Shown here: piece after piece, positions 12,579 through 23,886 of the stretch | How positions within the stretch are numbered: position 1 is the first letter of the stretch | Layout: each line of letters opens with the position of its first letter | NCBI RefSeq assembly: GCF_018350175.1 | Contig: NC_058382.1 | Coordinates: 60,390,001-60,454,000 of the forward strand | DNA from: Felis catus | Lineage: Eukaryota | Length of the DNA: 64,000 nucleotides | Direction: 5' to 3' | Notes under the pieces: generated by a model | What the model saw: the letters and a program-made list of their open reading frames with translations, nothing else | What the model was told of the DNA's origin: nothing | Database searches by the model: none | Program-made: the position numbers and the translations under genes

Positions 12579-15500
12579 CCCGAGACCTGCAGCCCTGCCC
12601 GGTGGCCGGTGGCACGGAGGGCCCCTCCCGGCCCCCCGGTGAGGACGGTGTCCCAGCCAGCAGGACCGCCAAGGCCACAGGCTGCGGGGCCCAGGCTGGG
12701 GAGCCTCCAGAGACCCAGAAGTGGCAGGCCAGGGAGGTGGAGCCCAAGGCCCCACTCCCGAGAGCCCCGTCCCTGGGCAGCCTCCCAGGGGAGGGCGGCG
12801 GCCCCCGGGCCCCTCCAGGGAGGAACCGCGCACAGGCCAGCAGGGCGGACGGCAGCCCCCAGCAGCTCTACACACGGACCATCTCCGGCTCACGGGCCAG
12901 ACCCACCCTGGACCAGACTCCCGAGGGCCCGCTGTGCAAGGACCCCGGGGCCCCAGAGGCGGAGGCCCCAGCTGCTACAAAAGAGCTGAGTTCCCAAAGG
13001 TGCTTCCAGGAGACCCCCTCCAGCTTTACCTCCACCAACTATACCTCACCGAACGCCACCTCCGGGCCCCCGCCCCTCAGGGCCCCCCCGGGCAGCGGCA
13101 CCAGCCCCCCCAGGCCAGCCTCCTACTCGGAGCTCCCGGCCGGCGGGGTGGACGCCTGGCCTCCCACTGTTGACAACAGCTTCCCAGGTGCTAGATTCGG
13201 GGTCCCTTCTGCCAAGCCAGAGCCTTTTCCTGAAGGGGACGGCCCCGGGGTGGCCTCCTTCCAGTACCCCTTCCCGGCTGTGCGTGGGGCCGGCCCAAAA
13301 CCCTTCCCCGAGGGCACGTCCCGGCCCGAGTTCGCGGAGAGCGCGCTAGCGTTCGTCTTCCGTCAGCCCCGGGGGGCATGGCCGGAGGAGGCAGTGGGCA
13401 CGGGCAAGGCCTACCCCCTGCCCACCCAGCCCGCTCCCCAACCCCCACCCTGCTACCCGGGCCAGCCCGGCCTCGACGCCCCCGGTGACCTCGGCTGTGC
13501 TCCCTCACAGCCTGGTGCTGCTCACCCGGCCCCCGGCCCCTTCTCGGAGAGCACAGCCACCTTTCCGGACAGTTTGCACAAGAGCCTGACCAAAGCGCTC
13601 CCTGAGAGACCGCCTTCGGCCCACGAGGGGCTGGGGAGCCCCAGGGGGCCCCCGAACTCTTTGCCACAGAGGCACTTTCCCGGGCAGGCCTACGGGAGCC
13701 CCGGAGCCGGCGGAGTGAGCTCCAGCCCAGGGTCTCTGGACGCGGAGCTGGCCGCCCCCGGGCCACTGCCCACCAGACTGCCCCAGCTGTGGGACCCTGC
13801 TGCAGCCCCTTACCCCGCACCTCCCCTGGGCCCCCCAGCCTCGGCCAGGAATGCATTCTTTGAAGGCCAGCCCAGCCTAGGCCAGCGCCTCGGCCTCCCC
13901 CAGAGTCCCCCTCTGCCCTGGCCCCAGGTGCTCCCAACCGCCGGGCCCACCCCCCACCGAGTGGAGGTGCTGAGCCGGCTGCCTTTCCCCCCAGGGGCCC
14001 CGGAGTGGCAGGGGGGTGGCCAGGGAGCCCTGGGCGCCGCTGCGGGCAAGACGCCCGGGCCGGGGGAGAACTTGGCAGTCCTGAGAAACAGCCCGAGCCG
14101 GCACGGTGGCGGCTCCCCCGGACTGTTCGCCTACAATGGGCTGAAGGAGCCCGGAGCCCAGCCCCTGTTCTTCGGGGTGGCCCAGGCCCAGGCCTCAGCC
14201 CGCACGACGCCCGGCCTGCCCCCTCCCCGGGCGGTGGGCGCCTCTCCCTGCCAGTCCCCGCTGCCCTCGCCTGCCACCAACACGGCCAGCAGCAGTTCCT
14301 GTTCGTCGCTGTCCCCGCTGCCCAGCAGCCCGGCCAACCCCAGCCCGGAGGAGAGCCAGCTCCCGGGCCCGCTCGGGCCCCCCACCTTCTTCCACCCGCC
14401 CCCTCGTGCCCAGGAGACCAGCAGCCCCCACACCGTCCCCATTCACTACCAGCCGGAGCCCCTCCGAGCCTTTCCCTTCCCCACAGAGGGGCTGGGGGCC
14501 GAGGGCTCCTTCAAATGTCTGGAGGAGGCTCCGTTCCCCGGCGCAGGCCCCGAGGGGGGCAGCGGGGGGCTGGAGGGCTTCCCCCGGGAGCCACCCCCCT
14601 ACCCCGCCCACCACTTCCCCCTCAGCAGCGCCAGCCTGGACCAGCTGGACGTACTGCTCACCTGCAGGCAGTGTGACCAGAACTACGGCAGCCTGGCCGC
14701 CTTCCTGGGGCACCGGCAGTTCTGCAGCGTGCTCCTGGCCAGGGCCAAGGACGGCCGCCAGCAGCCCCCGGGGCCCCCCGGGCCCCCCGCCACCCCCAGA
14801 GCCCCAGCCAGCGGGAGCCCCGGCCTGCTCGGCCACACCAAGACGGCCCCCTTCCTAGCCGGCGGGGACGTCCGGGCCGACAGCAAAGATGACCCCCTGA
14901 GGACCAGCTTCCTGCCCGGCCTGGCCGCCGCCCCCTTCCCGCTCCCTGCGGTGGGCCTGGACCCGGAGGACGATGCCAAGCTGGACAGCCTCATCACCGA
15001 GGCACTCAACGGCCTGGGATACCAGTCGGACAACCCCGAGATCGACAGCAGCTTCATCGACGTCTTTGCTGACGAGGAGCCTTCTGGCCCCAGAGGTCCT
15101 GGGGCCGGGCACCCCCCCAGGACCAGGGTGGGGACGACGCCAGAGAGTAAAGCCCAGACCCCGCTCCCGGCTGGGGCCACCCTACCAGAGCCCCCGGGCC
15201 CCCGGCCAGGCAACTGGAGCCACGCGGCCCGCAGCAGGCCCCAGACCCGCTCCCTGGGCCCAGCGCCTGCGGACACAGAAGGAGCTGGCCCGGCCGGCCG
15301 GCACAGGAGAGGGAAGCGGTTTAAGTTGTTCCAGAAAGAGCTGGACACATCAGGCACCACCAAGAGCCGCAAGGGCCCCAGAGCCACCCGCCCGAGGCCG
15401 AGGAGGAGAGGCCACGGGGCTGAACCGTCCCTGCCCCGCCTCCGGGACCTCAGAACCCAGGCCGCGGAGAGCCAGGGCCATCCTGCCAGACAGGCCCTGC

Positions 15501-18500
15501 CGGTGGAGACCAGGACCTCCCAGCGCCTCCGGCGCTCCCCGGGGAAGGACTGCAGGAGGAGGCGGCTGCGGGGCGGTACCTGGAGCAAGGAGCTCATCCA
15601 CAAGATCGTCCTGCAGAAGAACAAGCACCCCAGGGGGCAGGGGCAGGGCGGGCGCTGCCCCCGGGGTCCTCGGGGCCGGCACCCAGCAGCGCCCACGTCG
15701 GGCCCCAAGGGCTCGCGTGCGCCTCGGAGTCCGAGGAGGAGGACGGCTCGCGGCCGCCGGGCTCCCGCTTCAGAGGCCGGCCCCGCCACGGCTGTCGGCG
15801 GTGGCGCCGAGGCGCCAGGCACAGGGAGGTGGCTGTGACCCCGGGCCCCAAGGAGGATCCAGGGCGGCAGAAACCCAGGAAGGTGGCGAGGCAGGAAGCC
15901 GCAAAGGACAGGGGCTGCCGGAGCCCAGGCCCCGAGCAGGGAGGCCCCGGGCACCTACCGCAGGCTCCCGCCGGCACCAAGGCCCCAGAGGAGACCCGTC
16001 CAGCGCCGGACATCCCCCAAGACGCCAAGAGCCCTGAAACCGCCGAGAGGCTGCCCCCGGACGCCACGAAAGGTCCCGGGGAGGTTGCAAGCTCGTCTCC
16101 AGCCCCCTGTGCGAGAGGAAGCCCCCGTCCCCCAGCCCCAGAGCGGCCGGAACCCGGCAGAGAGGACGCCCGGGCGTGCTGTGGGAGCTCGCCAGCAGCA
16201 GGTGCGGGCGGTCTGCCGGGCACTGCCCGGTGCACGGAGCCGCCCGTCTCCCGGGACAGAGAGGACGCCCCTGCCTACCCCCCGGGACCACTGCTGGTGC
16301 CTGTCGCTAACACCACCGACCCCGCCTACCTTGAACCTGGAGTCCTGTTTTTGAAGACCCCCGATCTTGGCTGCGACTCCGCTCCTTTTAACGGAGACTC
16401 CGTGGGGGTTCCATTTGCCAAAAAGGGACCCCAGCCCTACGGCAGCCCCCCCGGCAAATTGTTCCTTGGACCCAAAGACCTGCCTGGCTGTTTCCAAGAA
16501 GACCTGTACTCCAAGCCCTTAGCTTCAGGCGCTCTGCCTGCCAGCGACATGCACCTTCCTCAGGAGGCTGTGGACACCGGTTCCCTCGAGCCAGAACCAC
16601 CCAGGAATCCAACCTACACAATCCAAGTGGGCCCAGGCAGGGCCGATTCGCCGCCGTTGACCTTGGAGTCCACACCCCTCTTCTCGGGGCTGCCTGTGGA
16701 CAGATTGGAGCCGCCAATCTACAGCAGCCTGTCCGGAAGTGGACTCACACGCCCCTCCCTGGTGTGTGCCACCCCTCCACCAAGGAAACCCCAGTTAGAG
16801 CCGCCATACTCCCCGTTTCTGCCCGACAAGGGCTGGTCCCTGCTGGAGGAGACCCCCGTGCTGGCCAGCCATATGGGTCACCTTCCTGACCTCTTGGGGG
16901 AGAAGGCATTCAGCAGGAAGTGCCCCGGTGAAGGGACAGAGGCTGCCAGCCCCCCACCTCTTCCCGGCAAGATCAGTGAATGTGGTGTCACTTTTATGGG
17001 CAACCTGTCTGAAGATGAACTTGAAATCAAAAGACTGGTCGCCGAGCTGGAAAGTCAGCTACAGAGTAGAGGCGCACACGAGACCCCCGAGCTGCTGTGT
17101 GTGGCTGGGCACTCGGGCAGGACGCATGCGGGCACGGGGGCCCCTCTGCCCTCCCACCGGGCCGCCTCGCCCTCCAGGGACACCTTCTCCAAGCCCGAGG
17201 CCGAGCTCACCGGTCTTGGGGAATCGAGTGCAGGCCCAGAAGGGGTGGGAGCAGCAGCGGCCGCCACGGAAAGGATGCTAAGGATCGAGTGTGAGGAGTG
17301 GCCCTCATCCCGCACGGGAGAAGTCGCCCTTTCCCCTGCTGCGCGTGCGGACGTGGCATCCGGGGCTCCTGTGAGCCTCAGTGGGGCCGACCACAGCTTC
17401 CAAGCAGAGCAGAGAGCCAGAGTCTCCGACACAGGCCCCCCAACGGCAGAAGGGGACTGTGGGCTCCACCCGGAAGTCTCTCTGTCCGGCTCTAGAGGGC
17501 CATTCAAACCTCCACTGGACGGGAGGAGCTTAGCAAAGCGCAGCCCGGACTGTGAGCCTTTTCTTCCTAAAAATAACAGGGCCACCGGGATGCACCAGAG
17601 CGAAACCCTGCTGTGCCTTCCCTGCACACAGGTGCAAGGGCCCTGCCTAGAGCCCCCCAAGCTGGAAGCATTTTGGGGCGCCACCCCATCCTGTGGTGAC
17701 AGTCACAGAGACGCTCCCAAGGGATCCTCTGGAAGCAGAGCAGGCTGGCCAGAAGGAGCAGGCCTCCCCCTCCCTGGGGTGGGGGACCCAGGCCTTAAGG
17801 CTAACGAGGAGTTTGTACCCGTGGGGGCCTCCCCAAGTCCTGCCTGTGTGCCCAACACGAGCCCTCGCAGGAGGCCCCAGGACCCAGCCACAAGCCCCCT
17901 GCGTCAACTCCAGCTCCTGGTGGCCAGAGCAGCTGGGAAGGAGGAGGATGCCCTGGGCTCACAGGGGCCCCCATCCACTGACACCCAGAGCCCTCAGTGC
18001 AGTGACCCCTCAGATCTGGAAGGGGACAGTGTGCAGGGGGGGAACATGGCCTGCAGCCCCACCCAGGACGTCCCAGGGGAGGTACCGATGGCAGCCATCC
18101 CTGCAGTGGCCGGAGGTCAGTTGGGGCCCGAGGCCGATGGACATCCGGACTCACTCGGCCGGGCTGAGAAGCCCGAGGGCCAAGGCAGAGCCAGCAGACT
18201 GCAGCCAGATAACCGGGGAAGCCTGGTGGGGCCGGACAACCTCTCCACAGTCAACGCCAATCCTGTAGCTGCCCTGACCAGGCCGGCCAGGGGCGCAGAC
18301 CAGCTAGGGGGACAGCTCCAGGGAAATGGGGCGGTCTTGGGCCTTGGAAAAGAGGCATGGGCCACCCCAAGCCCCGCCTCCTCTGATGCAGAGTCTTTGG
18401 TAGCAGCCCACGCCCAAACTGGGCCGGGGGCCGGGACCTCAGAGGAGGCAGCCAGCCCAGCACCCCCTGTAGGGGACCAGTTGCCCTTGCCCACTCCCGC

Positions 18501-21500
18501 AGCCACCCCCATGCCCTCTGGCCCAGAGCACCTGCCCCAGAAAGACCCGTCTTCAGGTAAGCAGAGGGGGCTGCTCCTGGCACGTCCATCCTGCAGGGAT
18601 CCCCCCAGCCTGCAGCCCCCACCAGTCTGTTCTCCTGCCGGGGCACCTCCACGAAGGACAGCCTGCACCCCAGCCACCACAGATGCTGGGGCCAGGCGAG
18701 CACCAGCAGTGCCCCCGTCTTTGAGGACAAGCCCCTGTGGCTTCAAGGAAAGCCTGGCTCACCAGCCCCTCCTGGGGGACCAGAGCCCCCCAGAAGACCC
18801 TCCCTTGGGCCAGCCTGGCTTCATCAGTATCTTCACTCCCACCCAGGGGGAGGACCACCCTGAAGGCAGCATGTCAGGACCTCTAGAGGATTCCAGAAAA
18901 GAGAAGCCAAGGAGATCTCCTGCCTCGGCCACCCCTCCTCCCCCAGTGAGGGCCATGTCCCCGAGAGTGACCATGAAAGTCACTGCCCTTCCCGACATTC
19001 CCGCCCCAGATGACTGGCCAGACTGCCCCTGCAGGCGGGCCACACCCCACACCAGCCCCAATGGTATGCCCACGGGACCCCCCTCCTTGGAACCCCCAGA
19101 CGACAGCGAAGGCCAGGGTGTCACCTCTCTGCCCGCTGACCATTCCACATGGGGGGCCACTGGGCCAGATTCCTGTGCCTGCCAGGAAGGCGAGGCGGGG
19201 GCCAGCTGCTCTGCTGTGACGGCATCTGGAGCTGGCAGTGGGGGGCCCCCAGCGACCCGCCCCTCCACAGAGCTCCACCAGGACAGAATCCCATCTCCCG
19301 GCTGCACAGCCAGTGACTCCAGACCCAGCTCCCCCCAGAGCCTCAAAAATGTTCACCGTACACCCCGGAGGGACCCCCTCAGCCCCCAGGGCACCAGACC
19401 GAAGCCTCGTGGCTTTAAAAAGAAGCCTGTGTCCACAGAAAATGGCCACTGGAAGGACCGAGCCCCCGGCAAGCGGCCCGTGACCTGTGAAGTGTGTGCA
19501 GCCTCCTTCCGCTCCGGGCCAGGCCTGAGCCGCCACAGAGCCAGGAAGCACGGGCCGCGCAGGGCTGCTGCCTCCCAGCCGGCCCCCGCGGCCCCACCTG
19601 CTCCCCAGCCCCAGGCATGCCAGCCCCCCGGGAAGAAAAGCCGCAGGGCACCTGGGAAGGAGAAACTGAGGCAGGCACTGAGCGGCCCCAGCCACGTTCT
19701 CGGGCCGCCTCCTGACCAGGGTGCCGAGGCTCGTGCAGAGGCATCGGGTCCCCCGATGTCCCAGGGACCTGGCGGGGAGGGGTTCAGCGTTCTGGGAGCA
19801 CCAGGCTGCACCCCTAGCCGGGAACCACACCCCCCAGGCCTGGACGAGCCAGGAGTGCACATGAGGCCTACAGAGCCCAGGAAACAGGACCAGCTGGTAA
19901 AGGACGAACCCTGTCCCAAGCAGACAGAGAAAGCGGGAGGCCAAAGGCGGGGCAGAGTGCCCACGGACGTCCCCAGCAGGCCAGAGAAGACCTCACAGGA
20001 AAAGGCGAGGAAGCCCAGAGCAAGAAGGTTCCGGGAGGGGAGTGGTCCTCCAGTCTCTCCTGGTGTCATAACAGACAAATTCTGCTGGGACCCATCCGCT
20101 GCCGTTGCCAGTTCCCCAGGGCTTCCGGGCAGCCAAGAACCTGACACCGACGCCCCCTGGCCCCGGGTGATGGAGAGCATGGAGGGCACACAGGAGGAGA
20201 CGCCAGCACGGAAGTCACCCCAGGATTGCATGGCCCGCCCAGGGGGGATGGAGGGGGGGCCTCCTGGGAACGGGTCAGGGGGACAGAGGACGGCCTTGGC
20301 AAGGGGGTGCTGGGGACCCAGGGAGACCAGGACGTCAGATCTCTACAAAGAGTCATCGTGGGCAGCCAGGTCTGAGCCCACAGGGGACAGCAGAGCAGCT
20401 GAGGGCGGGGCGAGGCAAGGCGTTGGGGAGGGGCGTGAGCCCCCCTCGGGTCCCCCAGGCCGTCCTGAGACCTGTACCCCTGCCGATGGCACCAGCAGCA
20501 GCTGCCCCCAGGGCCCCTTGCTCAACCCGAAAGCGCAGGCCAGGCTCCAGGAGCATGAGGGCGCTGCCCCTGCAGCCCCCAGCCCCGGCCTCGGGGACCC
20601 TCTGAGCGTGTTTGATGACGAGGCCTCCTTTTCTCGGCTCTTCCCTCTGGGCGGCCGCCTGACTCGGAAGAAGAACCCCCACGTCTACGGGAAGCGCTGT
20701 AGACAGCCAAAGACCCCGCCGGCGCTGGAGCCCGGCGGCGAGGCAGGGGGTGGCGTCCCGCTGGCCTCCGCCCACCCGCCCACAGACCTCAGCGACTCGG
20801 GCTCGCTCTGCCTGTCACACGAGGACCCGTGGGGTGACGAGGCCACGGGTCTGCCGGAGTCCTTCCTCCTGGAGGGCTTCCTGAGCAGCAAGGTGCCTGG
20901 CATTGACCCCTGGGCCCCCAGCCCCAGCCTGTGGGCCCTGGAGCCTGACCCCGAGGCGGACCGGGCGGAGGGCGTGCCCCACGGCCGCGCCGAGGACCAC
21001 CCATCAGAGAACATTCCCGAGCTGCACATGGTCCCAGCGGCTTGGCGAGACCTGGAGCTGCGGGGCCCCACCGAAGAGATGGCCTCTTCTCTAGGCGACG
21101 CGAGCCCGGAGCCCCCGGACCTGGAGCCAGAACACTATGACGGCGAGCTTCCCGGGAACGCGGTGGATCTTGAGATGCTCAGCGCCAAACTGGAGGTGCA
21201 AGATCTGTGCTTCCTGGGGCCCCGTGAAGACCCCGCGGGCGACCCCGGCACCAGCTTCTCGGGCTCCCGGGGGCCGCAGGGCAAAAGGGCAGAGGGTGCG
21301 GCTGCGGCAGGAGGGGCGCCAGGCAGGGAGCGGCACGCCAAGGCCAGGAGGGCGTCCTACAAGTGCAAGGTGTGTTTCCAGCGCTTCCGCGGCCTGGGCG
21401 GGCTGGACCTGCACAAGCTGGCCCACAGCCCCTCGCCGCCGCCCACCTGCTACATGTGCGTGGAGCGCAGGTTCCGCTCGCGCGACCTGCTGCGCCAGCA

Positions 21501-23886
21501 CCTGCAGGAGAAGCACGTGCAGGGCAAGGCGGGGCGCTGGGCCTGCGGCATGTGCCTGAGGGAGGTCGCCGACGTCTGGATGTACAACGAGCACCTGCGG
21601 GAGCACGCCCTGCGGTTCGCCCGCAAGGGGCAGGCGCGGAGGTCTCTGGGGGACTGGGAGGGGGACGGCACCGTCACCCGCTTCCTGGGCAGCATCACGG
21701 GACAGGCGTCCGGGCCCGGCGGGGGCAAGCGCTCCGTTGGCAAGGCACGGGGCGACCCCGCGGGGGCGTCGGGGCAGCCGACCGGGGCGGGGAAAGAATT
21801 CCGGAGGGAGAGGGCGAAACCCAAGGCTCCCGCCAGCCATTCCGACCAAGATGGCACCGCGGCCCCAGCCGGGGCTCTGGCGGACCGCGGCCCTCTGAGC
21901 GGCTCCGCCGAGACGTCCCCCGGCCTGTCCCCTGCCCCCTGCCCCCACAGCGAGCCCCTCCTCCGCGCCGTGTCCGTGCACGTGCACGAGGGCTGCAAAG
22001 ACCCCTCCCGAGACTGCCACCACTGCGGGAAGCGCTTCCCCAAGCCCTTCAAGCTGCAGCGCCACCTGGCGGTGCACAGCCCTCAGCGCGTCTACCTGTG
22101 CCCCCAGTGCCCGCGGGTCTACGCCGAGCCCCGCGAGCTGCGCGCGCACCTGGCCGGGGCGCACGGGGCGAGGGAGGAGCCGGAGCTGCAGCACACCCCG
22201 CTCTACGCCTGCGAGCTCTGCGCCGACGTCACGCACATCAGCAAGCGGTCCTTCGTCTGCAGCTCCTGCAACTACACCTTCGCCAAGAAGGAGCAGTTCG
22301 ACCGGCACATGGACAAACACCTACGGAAGGGGCAGCAGCCCTTTACGTTCCGCGGCGTGCGGAGACCCGGCGCCCCCACGCAGAAGGCCCCGGCGCGCGA
22401 GGGCGCCCTGCCCAGCAAACGGCGCAAGGTGGCCCCGCCCAGCAGCCCTCCGGGGCCCGGCGCCGACAGGCCTCTGTCCTGGGGCAGCCGCCCCACCCGG
22501 AGCGAGGGGTCGCTCCCAGCCCTGCCGCAGCCCTGCCCAGAGGCGGCTCCTGGCACCACCAGGGGGCAGCCCAGGACCCCAGAGAGGCCTGTAGACCCTG
22601 TGGGCCACCCGGTCACAGGGGGCGATCTGCCCTCTGACCTCCGGGAGCTCCTGCCCCCGGCCCTGTCCCCTTTCCCGGCAGCCTCCGCAGATGGCAAAGA
22701 TGGCCACAAGCCGGACGGAGCCGCGGAGAGCTCCGAGGATGAGGCTTCTCCAGGCGGCCCCGGGCCTCTTCTCCAGCAGGCTCTCCCTCTGGGGGGATCT
22801 TTGCCCCGGCCAGGGGCCAGAGGCCAAGACGGAGAGGAAAAGAGGGCTGCCGGCCCATTCTCAGGGAGAGGCCGGGCCCCCGGTGCCTCCGGCAAATGTG
22901 CCCCTGAAGACGGCCTGGAAGCCCCCTCCCTGCTCCCAAAGGAGAAGCAGGTGCCCACAAGCCCCATGCTGCCTGAGGCAGGTCCAGGGAGCCCCTCCCA
23001 CAAAGGCAGTGCCATCAAGGCTTTGGGCTGCCCGAGTTTGTCAAAGGACAGATCGGTTTTGGCCACCCCCAGCAAAGCTCCCAGGTTCCCGGGGCAACCG
23101 AAGAAGGCTGTGGCCAGTCTGACAGCCCGAGAGCTAGCCCATGGCACTGAGGACAGGCCGAAGCCCACCGCCGCCAAAGCCAAGCCGAGCCCCAGCTCCC
23201 AGGGAGTGGGGAGCCCACGGCACAGCACCAAGACAGCAGGGGGCAGCCGGCCCCAGCCGGCCAGCGGGCAGCTCCAGAGTGAGACAGCCACCACCCCGGC
23301 CAAGCCCAACTGCCCAGGCCAGGGCCCCGCCCCAGACAAGCATCCCCCTCGAGCCCCAGCCAAGGGCTCTCCTAAGGGGCCAAAGGAGGCCGGTGACCAG
23401 GGGCCCCGGGGGAGCCTGGGCCCCAAGGAAGATGGGGCGGTCAGTGAGAAGAAGAGGAAGGGCCGGGCCCCAGGGCCAGCCAGGAGTGAAAGTGTGAGGA
23501 GCCTGGGGAGAGCCCACTCGGTCCCTGACAAGCCCCCCCGGGCCCCCCGGAAGCAGGCGACACCCAGCCGTGTGCTCCCCACCAAGGCCAGGCCCGGTAG
23601 CCAGAAGGGCACGATGCCACCCCAGCCCTCAGAGCAACAGCGGCAGGCGGGGCCCGGCCACACCCACGGGGACTGCAGGCGCCCCAAGGAGGGGCAGGGC
23701 AAGGCCTGTGCCCAGGGGAGACCCCTGCACAGGCCCCCCAAGAGGGACAGAGCTGTCCACGGTGCTGAACCTGCCAACCCCCGTGCCTGCCGGACCGCCG
23801 AGTCCCAGAATGACCTCCTCAGCCAGCTCTTTGGGCAGAGACTAACCAGCTTCAAGATCCCTCTAAAGAAAGACCCTTCAGAGTAA
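12536..23886 (+). CDS. ZNF469: Zinc finger protein 469, single giant coding exon, interrupted here by a frameshift at ~15627-15720 (about 3783 aa if one base is restored)
   Basis: N-terminus MPGEQPRRAPPAAMTRDLQP. Blocks matching human ZNF469 as I recall it: CFQETPSSFTSTNYTSP, SASLDQLDVLLTCRQC, DDAKLDSLITEALNG..QSDNPEIDSSFIDVFADEE, LSEDELEIKRLVAELESQLQ, CEVCAASFRSGPGLSRH, DPSRDCHHCGKRFPKPFKLQRHLAVH, and C-terminus DLLSQLFGQRLTSFKIPLKKDPSE*. Frame +2 carries the match up to KIVLQKNK (~15625); frame +1 carries it from ASESEEED (15721) to the stop. Synteny with ZFPM1 supports the call. Confidence 0.96.
14663..14725 (+). other. ZNF469: ZNF469 N-terminal CCHC zinc finger (CRQCDQNYGSLAAFLGHRQFC)
   Basis: C-x2-C-x12-H-x3-C pattern in the translation. 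Confidence 0.85.
19486..19551 (+). other. ZNF469: ZNF469 isolated C2H2 zinc finger (CEVCAASFRSGPGLSRHRARKH)
   Basis: C-x2-C-x12-H-x4-H pattern. Confidence 0.85.
21364..22320 (+). other. ZNF469: ZNF469 C-terminal C2H2 zinc finger clusters (CKVC, CYMC, CGMC; CHHC, CPQC, CELC/CSSC)
   Basis: Multiple C-x2-C...H-x3-4-H motifs in frame +1, in a locally CpG-rich stretch of the exon. Confidence 0.9.

Noticed and set aside
15627..15720. A small intron or programmed -1 frameshift explaining the ZNF469 frame change
   Set aside because: The GT...AG pairs inside are too short (~20-25 nt or less) and lack a pyrimidine tract, and no canonical slippery heptamer is in frame. Not excluded without reads, but unsupported.
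15829..23886. 2685-aa ORF as a separate gene starting at GTG
   Set aside because: It is the C-terminal part of ZNF469. The frame is open from 15424 and homology begins upstream of this GTG.
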